A stretch of 63,158 nucleotides of DNA, counting the filler, from Bigelowiella natans CCMP2755 (Eukaryota; Protista; Cercozoa): assembly GCA_000320545.1 (NCBI GenBank). It is 4 parts of 4 records of this genome, joined end to end, with 100 filler letters (N's around TTAATTAATTAA, not from the genome) between each part and the next. Parts side by side here need not be neighbours in the genome. Positions count along the whole stretch, not along the records: positions 1 to 31,761 come from ADNK01000523.1; positions 31,862 to 52,777 come from ADNK01001708.1; 2 more parts are not named here. The stretch is one strand, 5' to 3'. The position numbers and the translations under genes were made by a program. The notes below the pieces were generated by a model. It ran no database searches. It saw only the letters and a program-made list of their open reading frames with translations, and was not told the origin of the DNA. Positions 28,977-40,668 of this stretch are shown one piece after another (within the stretch, counting starts at the first letter, position 1; each line of letters starts with the position of its first letter).

Positions 28977-29505
28977 TGCGGTTTTTGCGTGTGTGCGTTT
29001 GTGCGCGGGGGCTTGGGTGTGGATGTGTGAGTGCAAGTGTTCCTGTATGATTGTCCTATGAACGATCGATTATCCGATTTGCAGTATGTTGCCTCCCTGC
29101 TCTCTACTCCTCTCACACTCTCCCATGACCGATCTCCGCGCATTTTAAGGGCCACGATGAGGTGGTGGGACGACTGCTGGCGGCGCGTGCTCTCCCCGAT
29201 GTGCGGATGAGCAATGGATGGACCCCACTCCTTTATGGTGAGAGTTGAAGACGCTAGTAGTATCTAAGCACCAATATGCGGCAGCGAGCGAAGGACTGAC
29301 AAAGACTGACTGAGCGCTGCTATCAATATCATCATCATTATCATCATCATCATCATCGTTATCACTCTCAGCCTCATGGAAAGGGCAGCAGAAGATCGTG
29401 AGCGGGTTGATTAATGCACGCGCCCAGCTTAACATCAAGGTAGGAAGCAGGATAAGAATCTGCACACCTCCAAAGAAGACGACAACACAACAACGGCACA
29501 CACAC

Positions 29506-29536
<31 letters not shown>

Positions 29537-30570
29537 TCCGCACATACACACACAGAGTATCACATACAACAAACTAGACACAAGATGGAGCTGTCGCACT
29601 TACGTGGGCTGCTCGGGAGGGGCACATAGAAATCATCAAGGTGCTACCTGTCAGTGGTGAATACAGAGAAAGAACAGCAGTTGCACCACCAGCACCAGCA
29701 GTAGTAGTAGTAGTAGTAGTTTCAATATGGGAACAACAACCGCACCATACCTCTATGATACTAAGGCCATTACCATTCATCATCATCATCATCATCATCA
29801 TCATTATGAAACTCCCTCCCCCTCTCCCCTCTCTCCTCTCACTAAAAACACCAAAAGTCCCTTGCCGAAGCCAAGGCAGACCCCATGGCCCGTGATTACA
29901 TGCAGAAAATGACGCCAAGACAGGTACAACAAGCCCCCTCCTCCCTTTTCCTTCTCCCCGTCGCCGCAGTCTTCGATCTCCTCGCGATCACGTCCAAACT
30001 GCTATATTTCGAAACACCTTTCTTTCTTTCCTCCTCCCGCTCACCTTCCTCAACTACCGTGCCGGCGCGGTGGGGTCGGTCATTTGAAGGGGGGGGGGCG
30101 AGGGAGAGGAAACCAACAGCGGCAGCACGTGTTATAGTAGTCGTCATGGCGTTTGAATCCATGGTATATCCCCCTCCTACAGCACGCAGAGCGACAGAAG
30201 AAGACTGAGGCTGCAAAGCTGCTCGCTAGGGTAGGCAGTATAGTATGCATGCATGTGGTTCTAACACACTCTCACTCACACACACACACACACACACACA
30301 CACGCGCACTACACCTCCTACGACATTCATATACATGCTAGCGCTCCGTACTTCGAAGCAAGTCTTCGTCGTCGTCACCGTTGTTACTGATGATGATGAT
30401 GATGATGATGATTATGATGATGCTGTTATTAATTGAGTGATACACCATCAGCTCGAGGAGCAGCGTGCAGAAGAGAAGAAGATGGCAGAATTCCGAGCCC
30501 GACTGCAGTATCCTGAGGTAATAGTAATAAATACTAGCAAAAGCCTCCAGCGACCGCGCAACAACAGGAG

Positions 30571-30626
<56 letters not shown>

Positions 30627-30991
30627 GGAAGTGAATTCAATAATGGCTTTGCATTAAATATATACCTGCTGTAGTTTCGGTATCCATTTGCCGCTTCTCC
30701 CCGTCTTCTACCAACGTCGATATCATCGTCATTATCGTTGTGGTTATCATCATCGCCATCGTCCCGCTCACCTTCCTCCTCCTCCTCCTCCTCCTCCTCC
30801 TCCTCCTCAGGGATTTGAAGAATCCGAGTCCGAGGCTAACAGACCGTCACGTAAAAGTGATTCTGAAGGGGGAGGGGAGAGGGCAAAATCGGGTGCCTCT
30901 CCCTCTAGCTCAACTCGAGATAGCGGCAACGTCGTAGCGATTGACATTCATGGGACCGGAGGAGCTGCGGGGGGGAGACGCATTGTGAAGG

Positions 30992-31023
<32 letters not shown>

Positions 31024-31059
31024 CGTCGTCGGAATTGACGAGTAGTGCCGATTAACTTT

Positions 31060-31093
<34 letters not shown>

Positions 31094-31455
31094 CCCTGAT
31101 GTGTCATATGGTATGCATTGTATTATGGCATCATCTATCGATCTTCTGTTTTGCTGTCAGTGCATCCGCTCATGCTGCTGCTTCTTCTTCTTCTTCTTCT
31201 CATGTGCATAAAATATCCAATCTAACGCAACATCATCATCATCATCATTCGTCAGGGCTGAGCCCAGCTGTGGTGGCAGCAGTCTCCACCGCAGCGCCCC
31301 TCCGTCTCCTAGCGCAGGATATGGCCAAACTTGGCAGCTACGTCAGGAAGAGCTTCCTCATCGAGGCTATTCTAACGGTTGTGAGTACACTAGTCGCTGC
31401 TGCTGTTGTTGCTGTTGTTCTTGAGTTTGGAGGTGCCGAATTGGCTGATCGTGTT

Positions 31456-31549
<94 letters not shown>

Positions 31550-31690
31550 GTGCGTGGGTTGTTTGTTGTTTGCTCTCACAAAACTTTCACCTATTATCTG
31601 CGTGCATGGTGTTCATGTCGCACAGACGGTCTCTGTCTATTAAAGAACAGACGCAAATATAAACGTGTTGACCAGACGTGACCAGGGGTA
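27096..31690 (+). CDS. Ankyrin-repeat protein with upstream DEK-C-like helical domain, multi-exon; ends approximate
   Basis: IDLD|VLSKKAVRRLVEKQLGLD|AKSLDPHRKEINRLIEEF (DEK-C-like). Ankyrin exons: IFIACSEGNVAE|VESLVRARASVNFKNSRGTVPLHLA, GHDEVVGRLLAARALPDVRMSNGWTPLLY, DGAVALTWAAREGHIEIIK. Confidence 0.75.
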
Positions 31691-31761
31691 TGGCATCACA
31701 TCACGAGGAGGATGATGATGAAGATGATTGTGATTCCATGCAACATGTACACATTTTGCAG

Positions 31762-31861
31762 NNNNNNNNNNNNNNNNNNNNNNNNNNNNNNNNNNNNNNN
31801 NNNNNTTAATTAATTAANNNNNNNNNNNNNNNNNNNNNNNNNNNNNNNNNNNNNNNNNNNN
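31762..31861. other. Artificial contig-join linker (N-run with TTAATTAATTAA six-frame stop)
   Basis: Identical N/TTAATTAATTAA/N construct occurs three times in the window. Confidence 0.95.
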
Positions 31862-32229
31862 GGCCATAGTGAATCCGTCGCCCGGCGGGAGCAAAGTGCC
31901 TTAATAACAGGGTCACCCACCGCAGACCATATTCCAGAAGGCACCACCTATGCAGAGGGGGACAAGGCGGACACCCACGAACACACCCGCACACACACAC
32001 TTCATAATCGCGCTTACTTTCCCCCCTCCCCCCCCCTCTCTCTCCCTTTCTCTCTCTGTCTCTCTATCCTTGGAAATGCCGTATGAGTGTGCGGTTTTGA
32101 TCGTTGGCTTAACCATTGTCCCCCCCCCACTAGGTGGTGCTTTCTGTCATCTGGTATGCAGTCGGAGACCTCGTTATAAAGGTATGTAGAATTACAATAT
32201 TATATGAATGTGTGTAATCACACACATAT

Positions 32230-32277
<48 letters not shown>

Positions 32278-32699
32278 GTGTGTGTGTGTTGTATATTTGT
32301 GCGTGTGGGAAAGTAGAAGAATTAGAAGAAGAGGAAAAAAAATTGACATTCCCGGGAAGTCTTGGTGAGTCGGTCTCGTAGGATGCTCCTAAGGCATCAC
32401 GAGCTGATCATATACAACATACCAGAGCAGAGCAGTACTCATACAGACAACAAATTGATCTATCGATTTCACTGCCACGATGACGGCTTCGTTTTCCCAG
32501 AAAATGAAGAATTCTATATAGTATGGGCAGAACATGGTCGCGACCGAGCATATGTTGTCCATTCCCAATTATTGACGTTGTGTTTCCTTGACTATCATGT
32601 CCTCCATGTGTGTATTTCGCCCATTCTCCGCAGAGATTCTCGTCGAGAGGGAACAACGATTTTCACATCATGGAAACACGATGATAGCTGCTGGATGGC

Positions 32700-34226
32700 G
32701 CCTCGATAAAATGAAGAAGCAGAAACTTAGAAGCGATGTTGCACGCATCTAATCCTTCATGGCCCTGATGACACCAAAATGGTTGGGTGCAAAAACAGTG
32801 CCGACCAACGCCACGCTAGCAAGAAGAAACCGTTTGGATCTACCCGTTTGAATGATTTGATTGCAGTTGAAAATGAGTTTTTAGGTCCATCAGTGAATTG
32901 CAACAATTTTCGCAAAGCTTCGCACAGATCGTGATTTTTCCCTTGTAGCACGTGCAGCTCACATGCATCAGCGCACGCGGTCTAATTGCTGCAATTGGGC
33001 CGGAGTTATCTTGAACGTGCGCGTTTCGCTAGCTAATGCTGTGCGGCACGCTAGCACGTCCATTGTCATTTGTGTGCACACCGATTGAAACAAAGCGAGT
33101 GGACAGAACAACTTGCCGCAGGCAGTGCTAAAGTGGGCCTCACTAGCTCAAGGAGGCGCCCCAAAGTGCGTTAGCATGGTGTGTCTTGCAGTTACTGCAA
33201 GATCAAAATCTGTACCGCATGCGCAACACTTGTTGCTCTCCACAGCCAATCATACTAGCTAGCTCCGATCCATAGCTAGCATAGCTCGGTCAAACCTGCA
33301 ATAACAATTTTTGTGTTTGAACAATTGCGCGCTTTTGAAAGCGATTTGAAGCTTCAGCGCGTAGTGAGAAAGTGAGACATGGCCACTTCTAGACTTGCCA
33401 AGATCAGCATGCTAGCATGTGCTAGTGTAGTTTGGCGGGAAAAAATGAAAGTCGAGATAGATGTCGCGATGAATTGTGGATGAATCCACACCTAGACACG
33501 TGCGCTTGGCTGCTCCAAGCACGCGTCCGCCAAGTCTGCATCGCACAGGGAGCCATGTTGATGGCACTCGAAACGTCATCAGCCATTTCGAACAACGAGC
33601 TTGATGTGGAAAGTCGAGATGTAGCATGCTAGCATGGCCCCCCACACAATGGACACAGAAATGCAGTATCTCGACATTTTTGTCAGTGCGTCATCTCAAT
33701 GTTGCGATGACGTAGCGAGCGCTAGCTAGCTAGAGCGTGTTGCGGGCCTGCGATGCAAGTTCATCTAGTCACATTCATTTGTGTCAACGTGCAAGCAACA
33801 AAACTCCAATCAAAATGTGATGCACAGCAGCATACTCTAGCTAGCTAGTGCTGGCCCCGGCTAGCCAGGTTAGCAAAGCTTCTGGAACAATTCCTGACTT
33901 TTTTGTGTTTTCCCCCCAAAAAATTGTCATCATCTGCATGCTGATCGATCTTGGCAACTAGCCACATGTTCGCACGCAGTGCTAGGAATTTTCGTGTGCA
34001 CACGCGCTTGCTAGCTTGCGCATTCAAAACACTGCTGCAGCGCTGCATGTTGCTTGCAACTCTTGCCAAACTTCCTGATCTAGATGGATGTCTTCGATCG
34101 GCAGCACCCACCTCTACGCTAGACATCTCTAAATCTAGACGTACAGGCTAGCAGGTTGAAAACTTTGTTAGCAATTTTTTGTTCGTGCATGTGTGCTCGA
34201 ACGCATTCACACCACTCCAAGTCTAG

Positions 34227-34266
<40 letters not shown>

Positions 34267-34400
34267 ACGTGTGAGCTAGTGCAAGCACGAAAAGCGCCTC
34301 ATGTGCACACACCTAGCTTTGGTTGTTCATGTCATGCCAAACAATTGACAAGTTGATCTTATCAAAGTGTAACTTGATATTGATCTTGTACACATCATTG
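32700..34400. other. TpA-depleted/CTAG-rich intergenic island
   Basis: TA largely confined to ctag/cta/tag (gctagctagctag, ctctagctagctag). Contains a (TG)n but no (TA)n tract. Ends at the stop codon of the UDG-ART gene. Confidence 0.8.
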
Positions 34401-34410
34401 CAACCAAAAA

Positions 34411-37400
34411 TCAACTAACAAGCTTCTCCAGTTTTGAAGCAGCTTTTAAATCCACTGTGATGCATCCATTTGCACTGGATGAAACCTAAATAACCAGTTG
34501 GAACCATGAAAAATAATGAAGATCGTGACTTGCTCAACTACATTTGTAACCCGCCCATTCCCTCCCTAGCTCGGACCTTAACGACATCGAGCTGCGTCCC
34601 TGGGAGAAGCACGTACTCATCTTCCGCTGCAAATGCGGAAAATTGTCGAATGCTCATGCATTTGGCACCGATTCTGAACAGCATACGCGTCCCGCTCGAG
34701 CCCATGAAACCTAGTAATTCGCTAGGAGTGAACGAGGGTTGTCAAAATGGACTCTCACATTAGTGCAGTGTGAAATGCGGCAAAAAAGCATTTCTGCACT
34801 ACAAAGGTCGTCCAATTCTTCTTCGTCAATGCCATCCCTACCCTCTGCAACTGCTCTTTTGATCGTACAGGAGCTGACACCCCACCAGACAATGCGCGAT
34901 CCTTTCTTGTACTGGTCACTACAACAAACAACATTCATCGCATTCTTGCTGGATATATTCGTCGCATTCTCGGTGTTTACGACTGATAGAAATATGTTCA
35001 ACAAAGAACATCTAATCGGAAAGAAAAGACCACTGCTATCTTCGATTTCTTCAAGTAAAGGTTGATATATAAACGTAAACTACCGAAGGTCCAGCTTTAC
35101 ACCTCTCCACACGGTGACATTTTTTGAGCACATAACTTCGAGTTGTCTAAAGGCCTCGAGCAGAAGCCTCAAGTAGGGAAAGAAGGCCTTGATTTTGTTG
35201 CGGTCGGGATCTCGAAGACCTGCATTCAGCTTGCGATAGAAATTGCTTCCCGTGGTATACCTTTGATGAAAAGTGATGTGATTGAAACTGGTGAGAGGTA
35301 AAATGGGGGAAAACACGCGACCGCGGAGGCATTATAACTTACAGGTAAATAGCAGCGATCTGGTCAATTGTGAGTTTCCCAACCATGTCCTTTCCAGAGC
35401 TCTTGCGCCTTGCTTTAGCCGCGAAGCTCAACGAGGCCTCAATGAACCTATCGAAAGGGCCACCAACCACCCCTTTCAGAGAAGAGGTTGCCGTTCTGAA
35501 ATCGCACAACTTCACTTCGGATATTCCTAACGACCAAAAAAAGGTTCTTTTACTGATAGTCGGAACAAAATGTGGTTAGCGGGGCTACCTACCGGTGATG
35601 GGTGCTAATTGTTTCATTGCCTCCTCCGCCACGCCACCAATCCGTTCCAAATATGTCTGAATATAATCGGAACAAAAGGCTTGAGATGCGAGCAGTATCT
35701 TGTTAATAATGGGTTAAAAAATCGGTTTAGCAGCTACTTTTAGCAGATCTTCAGTCTCTTGAATGAAGCCGCCAAGCTGGTTGGTAGTAGCATGAAATCA
35801 ATACAAATCAATATAAAACCAAAATATAGGCTCTTCGTGAGAGAGAGAGAAAGAGAGAGAGAAATGTGAGAAAGAGGGCTTCTTGGGGTTCTATTATGAC
35901 TAGCAAATTTTGACATCTAACCCTCTCCGCATCTTCAGAGCATCCGAGAGCTCCTTCCCAACCTTCCGTCGGAAACCTTTATATTTAATGAACCCAAATG
36001 ATCCAATGCTGCCGTCGAGGGGATGGATAAGGCGAAGCAGCAAAATTTTACTATTCAGCTTATTCCGAAAATGCATGGACCTCTTTGCTGAAAATCGGTG
36101 TATCTCTATATTATTCGCTATATTGAAAACCGGTATATCACCATATTCCTCAACTTCCTATTAATAGTACTAGGTGCCATTTACCAATCGATTGGGGATA
36201 AACCGAGATCCTCAAGAGCATCGTTGATCATACCAAAATTGTCTCGGTCGCAAAAATCAACCTACATGCCAAAAATTTAGTGTCATCGCTAGATCACCGA
36301 GCTTGGCTTGAAAAAGAAAAATCCCACATGGCTCTCAATGGCTCTTTTAGCACATACACATATACCCGTGAAGCACGATTCACAAGTTGGTATAAACCTG
36401 GCCATATCCGGATGCTGCTGGGTTCCATCCCTCCACAAAGCGCGTTTGCACATTGGCCTCCTTCGCTAATCTCGCGAGGACTTTCCGAAGCGACTGAGCC
36501 TAGGATAAGACCCTCGATGTTAGCTTCAATTGTTGAGCAAAGATCAATGGTAGGTAGCGTTGACGAAGACCGATCACGCCGCCTTTACCTTTTTCCCCCA
36601 TAGGGCAAAGACACATCCTTCGTCCTTCGCACTTAAAATGGTGCGGATGATCTCTTCCTAAATATCGGGCATTATTTGATTAGAAGTGGATATGGTTGTA
36701 GGCAGGAGCGATAGCATTTCCCTTCAACCTTTTCCAACAACCTCGTCTAATTGTGCTTTAAAGATCTCACATGTCCCCCATTCTTCTATCTAGGTGTGGT
36801 TGGTGTACCATGATCGGTCGCCAGAATTTTTGGTGCTCTGATTTTGACAACTTTCCCCCAGCAGTTAGTGAGGTGTTCAGCCAAAGGCAGCCTTGCGTAA
36901 GAGTTGCTTGGAACCACTCCGGGACTTGGACTAACTCAAACTCCTTGATAAACTTCCTGACCTCATCGGCTTTGCTCTTTCGATGTATTCTCCCCGGTTC
37001 CTGATGATATCGCTTCACAAGTTAGTAAACAATTCTCCAATGTTTTTGGTATAAGGTGATACCTTCCATAGACAAATGGCCTTCAGCATCGCGCGCAAGG
37101 AAGCACAGCGTCCGAGCTTGTTCCAATCTTTGAACTGAAAAGGAGAGAAGCCAGGACAAGGAACGTTATGGTTGAGTGGCAAGATGTTAGCAGGTTGAAT
37201 GGCATTTTTGTATCATTGAGGAGGAATGACCTTTCCGTCGAAAAGTGCGATTCCAGTGTTGGACTCCAGCCTTGGAAATGGAGCCTCCCCGAAGATGACA
37301 ACTTTGAACTTTTCTGGGGTGTTTGCCTGGGCAACAATGATTTTCAGTAATAAACGCTACCATCCAATTAGGAAGAAACGTGAAACCTGCAGAGCACGGA

Positions 37401-37743
37401 AAGTCAGTTCTCTCACTGGGAAAACACCATTGGAGCGATTCTTACCGATTAGACTGAATAGACATGGAGTTAACAACAGCATCGGTGATTCGTTCAGACT
37501 GTACCTGTGGGCGACTTCATTTTCTCTGAGGATGGGACCAAGAACGTCGAGCCATTTGCCAGAGAGGATTGCATCTAAGCCAATATCCTCCTTCTTATCC
37601 ACTCCACCTACGCATCAACCAGTGTGAGGGTTGCGACTTCTTATGGAGGGAGACACAGAAGTGATGCCACCGTGAGATTCTTTTGCTTTCTTTCCTTTCT
37701 TTACTGCCTTTACAGGTTTGTTCTTGCGCTTCTTTCCCGGCAT
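34411..37743 (-). CDS. Uracil-DNA-glycosylase-like / ADP-ribosyltransferase (R-S-E type) fusion protein, multi-exon, basic NLS-like N-terminus
   Basis: Start MPGKKRKNKPVKAVKKGKK. UDG fold: FPVRELTFRALQ|ANTPEKFKVVIFGEAPFPR, WFQATLTQGCLWLNTSLT, CVFALWG, WNPAA. ART: YTTGSNFYRKLNAGLRDPDR, VWRGV, WWGVSSCT, SIRQFSAFAAEDEYVLLPGT. Last exon ends KLEKLVS*. Confidence 0.85.
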
Positions 37744-38023
37744 TGCGTCACCTGGGAGGAACATTCTTATCAGATTCGACGTGATGAATCCCGAACACCA
37801 TTCAGCTACTTCCTGCGGATGGATTCTGCGCTTGGGGGTTGGAAGAATGGGCCAGGAAATATCGGAGGAAGGCCTTCACAGTGTACCGGTACGACAGAAC
37901 GTGAAGGAATACAATGCCTTTTAGCCCAAAGACTGATAATATATGTTGTCGCGATTGAAAAGTCTGCCTTGTATACTCGCTACGAGCCAAAAAATAGAAC
38001 CTTGCTGAAAGAGATTGGAGGGT

Positions 38024-38281
38024 TTTCCTGCGACAGGATTTCAATGATGTCGCCGTAATTAATCGTGTTATTTTTACCTAATTTTTATTTTTTTTCGGAC
38101 TGGACAGCTACCTTCTGCGAGATTTCCTCGGATTGGAGTATTTCCTGCGACAGGATTTCAATGTTGTCGCCGTAATTAATTGTGTTATTTTTACCTAATT
38201 TTAATTTTTTTCGGAGTGGGATTCCGTTCGGAAATGGGCTGAACCAGCTGAACAGCCGCCTTCTGCGAGATTTCCTCGGAC
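38024..38281. repeat. Imperfect tandem duplication (about 117-bp period) in the divergent promoter region
   Basis: tttcctgcgacaggatttcaatg(a/t)tgtcgccgtaattaat...cttctgcgagatttcctcgga occurs at about 38024-38132 and 38141-38281. The second copy carries an insertion of about 30 bp. Confidence 0.9.
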
Positions 38282-38349
38282 CTGAGAAGGCTGATGAGTC
38301 AGCTTGAACGCCCCTGACCTGGGGAAGCTTGCAATCTCCATTTCTCACA

Positions 38350-40668
38350 ATGGACTCGAGCAAAGACTGTTATCTTTGCGGTCAGCGGAAGAACGTGTTA
38401 TTTGTTCTCGGAGTGAGCGTGGAATGCAAGGATGCGGGCATGAAAGAAGAGGTGGAAAACTTGCTGCAGACCTTTTTTGGCTCAGTGCTTACAGACTCAG
38501 CAAATGCTCCTAGCATGGCCAACAAAACCGTGTATCTTTGCGGAGACTTGGCCAAAGCGAGTGCAATCACCCTGGAGAATGCGTCCCAAGTGTCCATCAT
38601 CAAGGAATTGTCCTTCAACTACGATGACTCCTGGCCTTTCACAAGTCTTGGCCGAGTGCCCATCTCGGTACATGGCGTGGGCGTACTTTACCGTCAATTT
38701 TTTGATCCGCAGCGCGACTACTTCAATCGCGTGCGCGCAGAACATGCGTTCCAAGCGTTGACGGAATCGAACAAGAAAGGGAGGGCGCTCCGCACCGGCA
38801 TCTATCTGACCCCTGTGGAGAAGAATCAAGGAGGAGGAGGAAGAGGAGGAGGAGGAGACGCCTTGTACTTCAACCTTCTCCGGTGCTCGAGCAATCTTTC
38901 TGGCCCCACGTCAAATTTCGGATCGAACGACCGCCAGATTGTTGCCGAGCTGAATGCGGAAGCTCGCGCCCTGTTCGAAAACCCCGCCCCCCTGAACCAC
39001 GTTCTCGCACAGATCTACTACAACACGGCCAAGTCTGGGCCGCGGAAACAGGCCAAGGCGAAGATTAGCAGCCATGCAGATAAGACCAAAGACATGCCTC
39101 GAAATGCCCTGATGGCTTTCTGCACCTTCTACACCGGCCTGGATCGGCTCCGACCTGTCGGGCGATTTGACTATGCTCACCAGAATTCCGCAAGAAGGCG
39201 GGGCGGCGGCAGCAAGCTGTCGGCAAACCCGAGTGATCATGAAACTGGGCTCACAAGTCTTGTGTTTCGTCTGAAGCATGGACTCGCGGAAAAGTACCCC
39301 AAGCTTACACGGCAGTTTAGCGTGAGATTGTACCCTAACTCCGTCTTCTTCATGCCCATCACAACAAACCGGATTTACACGCACGAGATAAGACCTTCCG
39401 CATTACCTGCAAGCTACCTTCCTACCCGTCTGGGATACGTGGTGCGCTGCTCCTCCACGCGAGCTGTTCATAAGGAAGGGCAGACGTTCGTTCTCACGAA
39501 GGACAAGGCATTGGCGCTCAGGGAGCCCTCCCCTGAGGACGTCAAGAAACTCAAAGAGCTTTACAGGGCGGAGAATCTTACAGATGCCATCATAGATTAC
39601 AAGCCGCCCATTCTCTTCAGCATGAACCGAGGAGACTACACGCGTCCCCAGCACATACTCCCCGATGAATTTCGCTGGTTTGCTCTAAGCGAGGAGTCCA
39701 CTGCAAAGCAGGGACGGGGGGAGGAGAAGTCGCGGGGAGGGGGGAGGAATCTCTACGGTGACCTGGTCAAATCGGTACACTGGGAAGAGGCCGGGAAAGG
39801 ACGCTTGGCGACTGTTTTAGTCAAACCGAAGCTCGAGAAAAGATATGGCGGTGGCAATCAAAAGGGGGGGGGTGCCAAGCCCGCAATGACGCCTATCGTC
39901 CGCACGACAGCCAAGTTTTCCAGGCCTGCAAACTGCTTTCGCGCGGTTCATGACGAATTAGCGTCCCGGATCAAGAGGGAGGGAGGGCTTGTTGTCGAGT
40001 TTAACAACGCTCTCATCGAAACTTATACCAACGTGTACAGAAAAATGGCGTTTCACTCGGACATGGCCCTTGATCTCGACGAGGGGACGACGATTGCTCT
40101 CTATTCCTGCTATGAGCATCCCGGACTAGGCCCCCCTAGAGTGTTGGTAGTTCAGGCGAAGAAAAGGGAAGACGGAAAAGAAAAAGCGGAGAAGAATGAC
40201 AGCAATAACAACGAGCCTGAAACGTTCGAAATCCCGCTCGTGCATAACAGCGTGGTGACGTTTTCGGTTGACACGAATAGAAGATTCCGGCACAAAATAG
40301 TTCTGCCGAAGGGCGACCACCTAGACAACCAATGGCTAGGAGTAACCTTTAGAACGTCAAAGACATTCGTCCACTATCCGGGCGAGGGCGGCGAGAGGAG
40401 CGGGAGAGAGGGAAAGGTGCTATTTGAAAGCGGGAAAGAACTGTCCCTCCTTTCAAACGAAAAACGATCGGAGTTCTTCAAGATGCGGGGGAGAGAAAAT
40501 AGGGAAGTTGATTTCAAATACCCAAATGGTCTCTGCACAACGATTAGTGCCAGCGATTTGATGCCTCCGGTGGAAGCACCAGAGTCAAGCGAAAGTTCTA
40601 GCTCTTTCACGGCAAACAAAGAGAATCGCCAGAGGAGGCAGGGCAGTGCAGATGAACACCATTGCTAG
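38350..40668 (+). CDS. Intronless tandem (double) AlkB-like 2OG-Fe(II) dioxygenase, about 772 aa
   Basis: Domain 1: LNHVLAQIYYN..ISSHADKTKD..YTHEIRP..RLGYVVR. Domain 2: FNNALIETY..MAFHSDMALD..FRHKIVL..WLGVTFR. Each has the HxD...H...R signature. First ATG is at 38350 (the ORF-track start at 38329 is TTG). Confidence 0.85.
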   Translation: MDSSKDCYLCGQRKNVLFVLGVSVECKDAGMKEEVENLLQTFFGSVLTDSANAPSMANKTVYLCGDLAKASAITLENASQVSIIKELSFNYDDSWPFTSLGRVPISVHGVGVLYRQFFDPQRDYFNRVRAEHAFQALTESNKKGRALRTGIYLTPVEKNQGGGGRGGGGDALYFNLLRCSSNLSGPTSNFGSNDRQIVAELNAEARALFENPAPLNHVLAQIYYNTAKSGPRKQAKAKISSHADKTKDMPRNALMAFCTFYTGLDRLRPVGRFDYAHQNSARRRGGGSKLSANPSDHETGLTSLVFRLKHGLAEKYPKLTRQFSVRLYPNSVFFMPITTNRIYTHEIRPSALPASYLPTRLGYVVRCSSTRAVHKEGQTFVLTKDKALALREPSPEDVKKLKELYRAENLTDAIIDYKPPILFSMNRGDYTRPQHILPDEFRWFALSEESTAKQGRGEEKSRGGGRNLYGDLVKSVHWEEAGKGRLATVLVKPKLEKRYGGGNQKGGGAKPAMTPIVRTTAKFSRPANCFRAVHDELASRIKREGGLVVEFNNALIETYTNVYRKMAFHSDMALDLDEGTTIALYSCYEHPGLGPPRVLVVQAKKREDGKEKAEKNDSNNNEPETFEIPLVHNSVVTFSVDTNRRFRHKIVLPKGDHLDNQWLGVTFRTSKTFVHYPGEGGERSGREGKVLFESGKELSLLSNEKRSEFFKMRGRENREVDFKYPNGLCTTISASDLMPPVEAPESSESSSSFTANKENRQRRQGSADEHHC

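Noticed and set aside
31762-31861. TTAATTAATTAA palindrome repeated three times inside N-runs
   Set aside because: Artificial six-frame-stop scaffold linker, not biology. Adjacency across these joins is not trusted.
31862-32650. Possible minus-strand gene fragment at the contig start
   Set aside because: Frames are ambiguous and sequence quality near the gap is doubtful.
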